Assembly (NCBI RefSeq): GCF_002571385.2 | Contig: NW_019217788.1 | Location: forward strand, 1,768,866-1,832,865 | Reading direction: 5' to 3' | Origin: Stylophora pistillata | Taxonomy: Eukaryota | DNA: 64,000 bases | Shown: in pieces, positions 34,601 to 45,700 of the stretch | How the letters are laid out: every line of letters starts with the position of its first letter | Position numbering within the stretch: the first letter of the stretch is position 1 | Position numbers and translations under genes: made by a program | The notes under the pieces: model-generated | Databases searched by the model: none | Told to the model about the DNA's origin: nothing | What the model saw: only the letters and a program-made list of their open reading frames with translations

Positions 34601-36496
34601 AATTTGTCCTTTAGGTCAATTTCTACCGGAATCCTGTGTGCCTGATAAAATACCTCATTTCGTTGGTCGTGAAGCCGAATGCAATGCAATTGTGGATCAT
34701 TTAACCAATGGGACCACTCGACTTGTTGATGTCTGGGGATCTCCAGGATTTGGAAAGACGTCTGTGGCCATTAACGTGGCACATTACCTACGAGAGATGA
34801 AGCATATTCCAGTGTACTTTACTTCCTGCGTGGAATGGAAAGTAAAGATGACCTGGTTTCAAGGTTGCTCTGCATATTCTCGGACGCAAATCAGGTGCCG
34901 CATATTTCACCCGCTGATTGTCTTTTTCGGTGTTTGCGACGATTTCAAGATCCATTTGTCTTAATCTTAGACAATGCGGATGATCTGTTAGAATCTGGAG
35001 ATGTCACAATTAAAGACCGAGTTATGACGTTCATCACCGAGATTGTTGCCCAATGCAATCATTTGAAGCTTATTATCACTTCGCGTGAGTCCCTTGACTC
35101 TTTGAACCTGAAGCTTCCTATGCATCAGGAGAAAATTTGTGGACTGGATGAGATTGCTTCAGGTGCACTGGTAAGGCTTCTTATACCGATTGTTTCTGAC
35201 GGTGACTGCAATGGAGTAGTAAAGATATGCGAACGAGTCCCTCTAGCCATACGATTAATGTGTATTACGATGACCGAAGAAAATGTTTCGGTCAGGGAAT
35301 TCCTAAAAGAACTAGAGGTTTCACCTCTGGTTGAGGTTTTGGACAATGAACATTATTCCGATGATGCTCGATTGAAAGTCATTATCGAAAAATCACTTAA
35401 AAGACTCACACCCATCGAGAAAGATGCGTTCGTTTCCTTAGCTGTTTTCCCAAGTTACTTTTCATTGAAGGAAGCCTTGGAAGTGTTAGATTTACCAACC
35501 GAAATGAAAGCCAAGAGAGTTTTTCGTTCATTGGAAAGAAAGGCATTAATAGATTCCACAGACAGCTTTAGTCGCTTTACTATGCATTCTATTCTCCGCT
35601 CTTTTGTCGAAGAGCAAAGAACCCACCGCAGAGAGATTGATACTGTATTTTCTGCAACACAATTCCGGTTCTATGACTATTACATTTCCCTATTCGGTAT
35701 CGCTAATGAAAAATTCCTAACAGGCAATTCTAGCGAAGCGTTCGAAGAATTTTTTGATCGGCGGGAGAGCATTATGTTATCGCTTACTAATGGAACAACA
35801 GAAGACAAGCTCTACTCAAAGGTGGTGGATATACTGTCTAAGTCAGAGCTGTTTCTTTACGGTTTGCTAACAGAAGACAAATGCAACTTTTGTAACCTCT
35901 ACAATTCCGCGTTGATGGAAGCAAGGAAAAGACAAAACGTTGACGATGAATGCAAACTTTTAGGTGCAAAAGCCTTCGGATACTGGGGATGGTTCTCCTC
36001 AGAACAAAACCCAGATCAAACGTGGGAAGATACACTGCAGGAACTCTGTATCCGCACTGATTGTCCAATGAAGTTAAGATGTTACCAAGGAGTTCACCAG
36101 GCACTCTGTGGCTTCGTGGACGAAGGAATATCGTTACTTACTGAATGTGTGTTTTTGTTAGGCGATGGTTGTGACGAAGTGGTTCTCAAACAATTGGTTT
36201 ATGGTGTTCTTTCAGAATTACACAGCAAACGACAAGACACCGGAATGAATTCATATTATGACTACCTCGCTAGTAGTTCAGGGTTTAATACAAAAAGTGG
36301 GATTTTATGCCTTGGAGACCTGCTGGATGACACTTCAGTTAATTTTACATTCTTACACCATTTTCCCTTCATTGTGGTTCTTGTGAGGTTATTATTTTTT
36401 TTTGACGATGAAATTAGGCAATTAAGGAGACCGATAGAGTCAGAAATTTTTTTAATTGAAAACCACATGACCAAAGTTATTGACTCCCTTTCATAA
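31684..36496 (+). pseudogene. HEPN-coiled coil-STAND gene copy 3; exon 31684-32800, second exon from 34615; TGG>TAG at 31909-31911, 1-nt deletion about 34827, no C-terminal TPR array
   Basis: KSSKE*DCTALF where copy 2 has EWDCTALF; RNTLCH; GSPGFGKT; FTS(L)RGMESKDD broken by a frameshift; ORF 34835-36496 ends before the TPR array. Confidence 0.85.
32919..33520. other. Assembly gap flanked by a near-identical duplication (32133-32918 = 33521-34307); smaller gaps at 38105-38115 and 49632-49653
   Basis: N run. The flanking 786/787-bp segments differ only near the 3' end (one substitution and one extra A by eye). Confidence 0.9.
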
Positions 36497-39160
36497 GAGG
36501 AGCAGCTTTCAAGAGACGTTTCACGTTTCATTCATTTATTTCAAGAGGCACCAGAACTCTTGCGTTTTCTAAGCAAGTTTTGATAAATAATAACTCCTCA
36601 ACGGTCTGGAGTGAAAGGAAACCGAGAGTTTATTTGCGCGCTCTCACCAATTGGTTCTTCGGGGTTCTTGGGTAACATTACCTGACTCGATTATCCAAGC
36701 TGTATTTAGGTCAGTGGACCCATCCAAAATGTTTTCAACGGAAATGTTTTCAATGTTTTCAGGCCTTCACCGATGATCTCGAATTTAGTAAACTACGATT
36801 GAGTTATACCGTTTCACGAGTCAAGTTTGAGTCACGTTCGAGTCACGAGTCAAGTTCGAGTCAATTCAATTTTTTTCTTTTTTTTATAAAATCATCGATA
36901 GGCAATACACTATTATTGTAGCCTTAAAAAGGAGAAAGCTAAGCAAAACAAACAAGCACTATAAATCGCTACTTTAGCGTTGTTACGGTGCTACAAAATT
37001 ATCGCGAAGTTTTCAAAACGTTTCAAAAGGTGTTACTGATGTTCAGTAGAACCCTAGTGAAAGCCATAACTGATAACAACGAAAGAATTGGACCGTATTG
37101 TTTTACAACGTCCTTTTCATACACATGGCAAAGAATATATCATGCGTTATGTATTCCACAAATTTCGTAACGATGTATCCGGCCATAACTTTGTGATGCT
37201 TCGAATATCTTGAAAAGTGAAACCTGTAACAAACAAGAAAAGTAGGACAAGATCATTTCGGTGACACAAAAATTTTACAGGTAAATATCTGTTCTCCTCA
37301 ATTTTATTCGGGGCTTGTAGTGTTGTTTTTCAATGGGATCCCAGTAGATGCAACAAAATGGCGGTCGTGAGCGAGAAAAGCCGAGATTCTTTTTTACGCT
37401 TCGAGTCCATTTACACAGTCACTGAAATAAGACTTCTACCTCAGGTGTGAGTAATTAAAAGAGGTAATCTACGAGAACAACTCGTAGATGCCTACGAATG
37501 TTTACTTTTTTGACCGCAGCTGTGAACCGATGCTGGATCAGCCCTAGCAAACGGCTGTAAGAAAATGGAAAGTTTCAAGTCTCAAATTAGGTGTTCTGTA
37601 GACATTAGTGCATCATTTTCACGCATAAAAGAAAAACTTGACTCTTGACCCGGACTTTACTCGTAAAACGGTAGAACTCCACCACGACTTGATGATAGTT
37701 ATTTTCACTCCCAGACACATTTGTTGGGACACCTTCTGGCCTCCCCTGACCCTCTCAATATTGTTCAGTAAGATGGCATAGAAACATTGGCAACATTGGA
37801 TAGGGGGAGAGGGGTGAAAGAAAATAATAAAATTCATTTCCTTTGAATAATTTCCTAAAATGATAGTGAGCCTCACTGTGAATACATTCTAGTGTTGGAT
37901 TTACAGCCTTGAACTTTTCAAATTTTCTTCCCTGGGATAGACGGCACAGGTATTTGATGGGGTCAAATAAAGACTCAAATGAACTTTTAAACTGCTGTTA
38001 ATTCTTGGCCTCAAATTATTTAAACCATTTCGAATAAGCGCTTCGGTCACTGTCTCGCTTTCGACGCGCTTTCTCACGCAGTTGAGTTTTAAATTTTCGG
38101 TAAANNNNNNNNNNNTGTAAAAATTCGTCTGAGACTTTGTTTACGTAAGTAAATGTAACCATTCGCATATCTCATAAAAATTAAAAATTTTTTGTGGTTT
38201 AATCAACAAAGACATCATTTCTGGTCTTTACTCTGCAAAGAGTATCACTCAATTGCAGTGGTAAAAAGACGAGATAAAAAATCGCTCAGCTACGAACAGT
38301 CGTTTATCTGGGCCCTGGATTCAACGAACCTCTCCTTGCAAATACTTGATTATCATCTTGTTTATTTCTGGTTTATAAATTGTTTGAGTAATTACCATTT
38401 CCCACGTGAAATTGCCCGACGTGGTTTTGATTGCAGCCTCTTACAATTTATTACCGCAGTTTATTTTTAAATGTGATTTTCGAGAAGGTTAACAAGTTCA
38501 AAGGGTCTGAAGTGAGCAGAAAATTGTTACAAGTACCGCGTAAAAAAAGAAAACACAACTTTACTCTAACTATTCACATGGGCTTATCACTTATGTCATC
38601 TGAAAAGATGAAGCCATGGCAAAACTTGACAAGAAACGTCTGAAATGCTCGTGTCTTCTCGTCACACTAATTTACTCGTGGCAGACAGAAATAGACAGCC
38701 TTCGGATATGATTAAAGAGCACTGGAATAGAATAACTTCTCTGTTGCCATAGAAACTTTTGTTTAAAGGCGACGAATCGTGACAAAACCGCTCAATTCAT
38801 TGGTCAAAAGCTTTTCAACATTGAAAAGGGAGCTAATCACTAGAGCATTTTTACCGTCACCTTATTTGCCGAGATTAACTGGATGGCCGAGCAAAGGAAT
38901 GCATTTTGTATTGGGTACCTTAGAAATACGTGCTGGTAAAAATTCCTGTTTTAATTTCGAGAGAAATTCACCTCAGCTGTTCAAAAGAAACGTAATCAGA
39001 CCGGAAATATCTGAAATTTGTGTGTATGGTTTGATAACAGCTTGTACACCACACGAACTGGTTCAAATTCACTCACGCTAAACTTTTCGCAAACAACTGC
39101 TACGTTTGCTCACTGAGGCAAAAGCGTCGAAAAACAAACAGTTGTACTTGTCGCCGTTGA

Positions 39161-40540
39161 ATGACCACCGAGCAAATGTCGAACGCGCGCGAACGAAAGA
39201 ATAGAGGTGGCCAGATTTTCGACGAAAACAGCAACGGAATAAAAGATGCGAAATTCCTGAGTCCGAATTCATCCACGAAAAGTCTCGATGTGTCCTCTGC
39301 TTCAGACAACGACTCCTGGGCCTCAGAAGATTCGTACCCAGACGAGCTACCCTCACCGCCAGTCCAGTGGAAATCGGAAATTCCCTGGACACCCGATCGC
39401 CGCAAAAGTTCTATAAAAAAACCTCAATTTCAACTCGACCCAATCGCGGTTCAGCTAAATGAATTCTACGAGAATCGTGTGAGAATAAGCTTGGAGCGTA
39501 AGGAAATCTGTGAAGAAATCGCTTACAATGCAGTGCACAAATGTTTCCGTAAAATCCAAATGGTGGATAGACGATTCCGTGCCAATAGCGTCGTTTCTCA
39601 GGGAATTCCGTACGATGGATTACAAGCTGAAGAAGCCATCCAGATGGACATGCTTGTTCAATTGTCCCCAGGAAGAAGTTCAGCCATGTACACCGCGTAC
39701 GATGAGCGGACGGGCGGAATGCGCGTGCAGCCGAGCTCCGAAGATTATGCTGTCTGGGAGGACTGCATAACAACCAATGGCTTTTTGTCGGCTGGGAAGA
39801 TCAACTCACTGCTTCGAAAGTACGTCAAGAAAGCTGTGAAGATTTTAAACTTTCACATCAAGGAGGGTCGCGCAGATAAACTGCCGAAGAATCTGAGTAG
39901 CATCTCGGTCGAGAAAGGACCTGTCATTCGATTGATCGTGAATAAAGACATATCAGTCGATATTCTACCAGCGTTTGTTATTCCCGACTCTCGCTCAGAC
40001 CCGTCTCGTAGAGATTGCCCGTCTTCGTCGCACGTGGTTTGCAAACCGCACGTTCAAAACGAGATGATCTGGCGCCTGTCATTTCACGTGGCGGAGAAAA
40101 ACCGCATACGAGCTCTCAGCGAGGGATGCCGTATACAGTTGTTACGAATCTTGACCGAAATTCGCGACAACGAGGATCAGCTGAAGAAGCTTTCATCGTA
40201 TCACGTCAAGACATTGCTGTTCCACGAATCTGACGTTTATCCGGACTTCGACGAGTGGAGCGCGGAAAAGACGTCGCGCCGTTTCTTTGGCTTGTTAGAA
40301 CGACTGAAAAAAGCCCTGAAAGAAGGAAATCTACCGCATTATTTCATGCAACCACCAGATTTTAAGCAAGTGAATTTATTCGCCGATCTCGATGGGAAAA
40401 CTCTGTCGGACATGTTAGACGTTGTAGAAGACATAATGGAAAACCCAATGGGTGTTCTTAGGACTGTGGGCCGAGAGCGAAGACAGACTATGTGGCCGTG
40501 GGAATTAGGCTTATTTTTACCTGCGGGACTAACCTCCTAA
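39161..40540 (+). CDS. Mab-21/cGAS-like receptor (cGLR) family protein, single coding exon (Mab21-2)
   Basis: 459 aa: Ser/Pro-rich N-terminal tail, SQGIPYDGLQAEEAIQMDMLVQL, WEDCITTNGFLSAGKI, ISVDILPAF, WRLSFHVAEK, LSSYHVKTLLFH, LPHYFM...VNLF. Confidence 0.92.
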   Translation: MTTEQMSNARERKNRGGQIFDENSNGIKDAKFLSPNSSTKSLDVSSASDNDSWASEDSYPDELPSPPVQWKSEIPWTPDRRKSSIKKPQFQLDPIAVQLNEFYENRVRISLERKEICEEIAYNAVHKCFRKIQMVDRRFRANSVVSQGIPYDGLQAEEAIQMDMLVQLSPGRSSAMYTAYDERTGGMRVQPSSEDYAVWEDCITTNGFLSAGKINSLLRKYVKKAVKILNFHIKEGRADKLPKNLSSISVEKGPVIRLIVNKDISVDILPAFVIPDSRSDPSRRDCPSSSHVVCKPHVQNEMIWRLSFHVAEKNRIRALSEGCRIQLLRILTEIRDNEDQLKKLSSYHVKTLLFHESDVYPDFDEWSAEKTSRRFFGLLERLKKALKEGNLPHYFMQPPDFKQVNLFADLDGKTLSDMLDVVEDIMENPMGVLRTVGRERRQTMWPWELGLFLPAGLTS

Positions 40541-42796
40541 AGCAGGACAGGTAAGTCTCGTTGCAACCGCCTATTTCACCTGTTTGCTGTATATAAGCGA
40601 CGCTTTGATCATTGAAAATCTAATGTTTAAAATTCATTGGCAATATGTTTTCGATCTGTTGTTCTCATTTTGAGGTTTACTTTCTATTAAGTTATTCGAC
40701 GCAACTTCTTTCACACGATCTTTACTCCGGGTCAATATTAATACTAATCCAGTTTTCAAAAATCTTTTGTCCTTTTCAGCAAATGCGCTAAATACTTTTG
40801 CTAAAATCGTTTAAAGGCTGACGTAGTTAAATAAGAACTCTTTGAAATATGTGTTGTTTTAGCTGCTATATGAGACTTCGGTCGACGAGTTTGTTTGCCA
40901 GTGCAATGTAATCATTGAAATATTTGCGCGGAAAAATGTGAATTTAATCTCGCTAGATCATTTGATGTAAATAAAAATATATTTTCTCCGTTTTTACCAT
41001 GCTCTCAAAATATCATAGGACTTTTATAATGATAAATTTATCTCTGGTTGGAAAAAATTCATTAAAAACAGATGTTTTGCTGTCCCGCCAGATAACGGGA
41101 ATCGGTGACGTTAAAAAGGAAAGAACTTGTTTTGGCCTTGCGGTAAAATTTCAAGACGGAAATCGAAATTCTATTTGAATGCCAACATTTGACATCTTTA
41201 TCGTCTAAAACAACACAGATCTGCAATGGGAAATAGTTCATTTAATGTTTGACAAGTTATTTACGAGCAGTTTGCGATCGGCTTAGGTATTTTTGTCTTA
41301 GCAGAAAAGTCTTCAAACTCACGAAGCGCTGATATTTACATGTTCCTTTGTTGAGCTATAATTAACTCAAGAATTATAAAAGCCCAGAGCTCTTTTGAAG
41401 GTCAAAACCGTCGTTGCTGTGTGATATAAATAATCTGGGCGCTTAGATTGTCACTAAAACACTTTTGCTCCAGAAGAAACTCTAGGTTTTCCCAAGTAAA
41501 TAATTTTAACCTTAACATGCTGTAGTTACTCAAGCCTGTCAGTAAATCAGAGAAAGTGATGCAAATTGGCAAAAATTTGTGAACATTCCAGTGCTGCGTA
41601 TGAAAAAGATTAGAAATTATTCTATATTGCAGCTCCGTTCACCCGACATAACATCGCATCCTATGAGCAAATATTTCCCAGTCAATCCACTTTACAAAGA
41701 AAACAAACCAAAGAACAGGAATTAATTAAATCGAAAACCATGACATTGCTGTCAAATTCAGAATGCATGGAATGTAAATTGCTCTTCACAAACTTCACTA
41801 ATGGAATTTAATGACAAATGATGTAAGGAGCTTTCATAAATTTTTATGATTTGTTACAGATCAATACATTTGCAATGTGATTGACGACAGGGTAAATAAA
41901 ATCGACAATTTGAACGTCAAAACATTTTAAAGTAGGTTTCCAAACTACGTGTTATTGGCTTTAACTCGTACAGTAACGCGCGTGCAAATACCGCGTGAAT
42001 GGATTCCGTCCATTAAGTTCATCTTTCAAACTAAACACCACTGTTTATTAATTTCTTTTTTTTAGAAATTCATTTTCAATGACCCTTGAAATCACAGCTG
42101 GCTGGCGAGAAACCAAATCATGACACTCATCCACCTCAAGTGAAGAGTCAAAACAGTATGTGTGAACCGGATAAACTTGATGGAAGGCACTTCAGCGAGA
42201 GCTGCAAACTTGACGAATTCAAGAAATCGTCAGAGGATCAGAAAACAATCTAGAAATACTTGACATTTGCCACAAATTTCGTGCTGAGAAGAATTCACAC
42301 TCTTTTACTAAATATCATATTTCCAAGTCATGTAGAGTGTAAAATCTATTTGCGATCAAGAACGGTGTGCCTCACAAGACAGCCACAAGACACATATTTT
42401 GGCTCAACGTTTTCAAGTTTCCGCGATTTAAATCAAGTTCTGGCTTTCAGGGAAGTTTACAAAGAATGTTTGGTCTTTGTCTGTTTGCACGAGGCATATT
42501 TGAAGTTATTTTCGTCGAAAACAGTCTAGAAAAAAAAATATAAAAGAGTAAGAGATTTGATTGCTGCATCAACGCGCAATTTAACAACATGCATCTTCAC
42601 TTGTTTGTTTGTTTGTTTTTTGTTTTTTCAGAGTGAATCGATATGTAAGTTCAAGAATAAGGATACTCTAGGTTTCTAATAGTACATTATTTTAATGTTT
42701 TACCATTGTTCCTATCTTGAAAATAACCAATGGAAAAATAACATAAATTCCTCATCATAACTTATTGAAAGATACAAATGTCTGCTTTTTGTGTCA

Positions 42797-45700
42797 TCAA
42801 ATCATGTCTGGTCTCTGAGGCATACACATGTTGTAGTGGACCTGTTGATTCCAGAAATCAGGTCCTTTCCATCCACACCACCCCTGTGACAAATAATAGG
42901 AACAACTAAATTACTGGGTATCAACAGCCTGGTCATGGACCCACCCCTTTCATAACTTCAAGCAATCCATGTCCAAGGCCACCTGTACAACAATATATGT
43001 AGCTTTGCCCAATTATCTCAGGCAGGGAGACCACTACAGCTTCAGCCAATTACAGTGGATCTTACATTAACAATGAAAAGGCCACACTCCCCCCTCTCCC
43101 CAATCCCCAGTAAACAGGCCAGACCACATCACAGTAATCTCCTGAGTGGGTTCTTTAATGTTCCATGTCTGACCAAATTAACTAATTAATAGAAGCAGGA
43201 GATGGGACATATGATTATTTGTCCTTATCCGAGAAGACTAGAATGTCTATCCATTTCTTGGTATTATAGAGAAAGGTAGCAAATTCTCCTCAGTTATTTT
43301 AAGACCTTGAGTGTTGGTCCAGCCAGGGCTGAAGCCCTCAACCTCCCACACAACAGTCCGGCGCTCTAACCAATTGAGCTTACCGATAGAATAGATTCAT
43401 TCATCACCTCACCTTGTCTAATATAACTTTGAGATCTTCTCCACCAGTGTAATGTGGATCAAGAATTAAAAACCTGTACAGAATGGAAAGAAATATGAGA
43501 ATCCACTCTTTTATAAAGGAAAATACAAGGAATACCCATGGTCCCCTTCAGTCCCCATCAAGATAGGGAAGGAATTCATGTGGAAAAACTGGGAAGCCAG
43601 TCAACAACATTTGGTGTCCTCTTGATTTTTGGAAGATTAATTATTGCCATAATCAATGCAAGGGGTAATGGTTAGATGACTGTAAAGACACAAAGATTTT
43701 TGATTCTGTTTCTCTAGCAGGTATGTTTGAGAGAAACACACTATGATATACTAATTGGAGTGGTGTATAAAAATGTAACCCTAAACCTAACCCTTGGTAG
43801 CTCCTGATAGAATGATAGATTCTCGTCTCAAATCTTTTAGTGCCTCCTACTGAAGTACAAGGAGAATTTGACTTTGTATCAAGTCACTTTAGGCTTTTTC
43901 CCCACACCCCTTCATTTCTTCAGAAAACAAACAGCATACTTCTGAGTGGTCACAGGCAAATTGCTAAGTTGACAATCTCACTAACCTTATGTCCCCTGTT
44001 TGATCATTAAAATCAACTCCTAGAATGGTGTGCGCTAAAACTCCACCTCCTGTTTGACAAAGCAAAACATAAAAAGAAAAACTCTCAAGGAGAAATTCTC
44101 AAATAAGTGTCTTAATTCTCCCATTAACCCTTCACTCCCATGAGTGACCAAGACAGAATTTCTCCTTACAATATCAAAACAATATTGAGTAGACAAGTGA
44201 TGAGAACAAACAAAAACGTCAGTAAGGGGATTATTAGTTGATTCAGTACCAAATTCTCCAAAGTAATATCATAGGAACTGTATGACAGATAGTAAGGAGA
44301 GTTACTGATGACATCTGACAGCAAAAGGGTTACAACAACATACCAATCATAATAGGAGTTCCTTGAGTCTGAAAATGATGCAACAGGTCTCGTCCTTTGG
44401 TGCGCATTTCTGCTCCAGTGCTGACAAACATGATCTTCGATGTGACTCCCAAAAGATGTTCCAGACACATGCTGACTTCAAAGGAGCCTATCCACTGCCG
44501 AGAACCCACAAACTCTTTGCCTTTGTCTTGGAGATCAACAAGTGCTTGTTGAATTTCATGATGGCTCGGGACTGGCTTGGATGTGTAGCCTTGGTGAGCA
44601 AACCAGGAAGCGATGGTCTGAAGTGATCGATATGCACAACCCCACCCCTGAACAGAACAAGAATATTGTATCAGTCACTAATAATAAAAATCCTATTATT
44701 CATAAGAGGAACTTCTGCTGAAGGGACACCACTGGCACGACAAAGAGTGTTGCCCGAAAAGAGGTGTCCCTTAAATGAAGGAAACAAATTCAAAGGTTAA
44801 TGGTCAGGGGTATTTGTCAGGTGCAACGAAAGTCTGTGTCCTGTGAAAGGCAGTGATCCCTGAATTCAAACATTTCCCTTCACAGTATAACTATTAGTGA
44901 TTAACAAACAGAAAGGTCGTCTGAATAAAGGAAAAGTTTGCTAACTAAAGAAACTTAAGCTTGTTAAGCAAATTCTCCTTGTTTGTATTATAAAAAATGT
45001 AGAGAGAACAGTATGAAGAACATGCATACGAATGTAAGGGTTTGCGAGAATTTCCATTACATTCAGGTGTTTTCATATCCCAAAGTTTGTGGCTCATGTT
45101 TGCAGTCTTGTTATATTGGAGCCACATGAGACTGAACAAGTTTCATCATACAACTCTGTGCCTCTAAAATTTTTCAGAGGAGCAACCTACCAGCCATCAA
45201 CCAAGCCCCCTCCCCCCTCCCCCCTCCCTGAAAAACTCTCATCTGGAAGTCCTGATTTAGATACATACATCATCATTGAAGTTATCCTGCATGTAATGGT
45301 GGTAGGAATATGTTCCATCAACAACTGCTACTGTGCCACAAACCCCTGAAAATCAAAAGAAAGTGATAAAAGACTTTTTCAATCAATGTACTCTGATGAA
45401 ACAGTTTAAACTCCACTGTGTGACTGGGATATAATTTCTCCTTACCTTATCAATACAATATCAAGCAGACAAGTGATGAGAATAAAGAAAAATACAAATT
45501 TGGGGAGCAGAAGTTGATCCATATGAAATTCTCCAAGTTAAGATCATAAAAATTGTCTGAATGGCAGACAGTATTAAAAGTAATTTACAAATGAGATCTT
45601 GAGAGCAAAAGGGTCAATAAAAAGTAATCAATCTAACTGAGCATACCTCCTACCAATCCAGTGTGAGGATTTGTTAAGTAGATACCTGTAACAGATTGAA

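Noticed and set aside
10462-36496. Recent horizontal transfer of a bacterial Avs/CBASS operon or contamination
   Set aside because: Spliceosomal introns, animal transposons in the spacers, kb-scale intergenic distances and contiguity with animal housekeeping genes.
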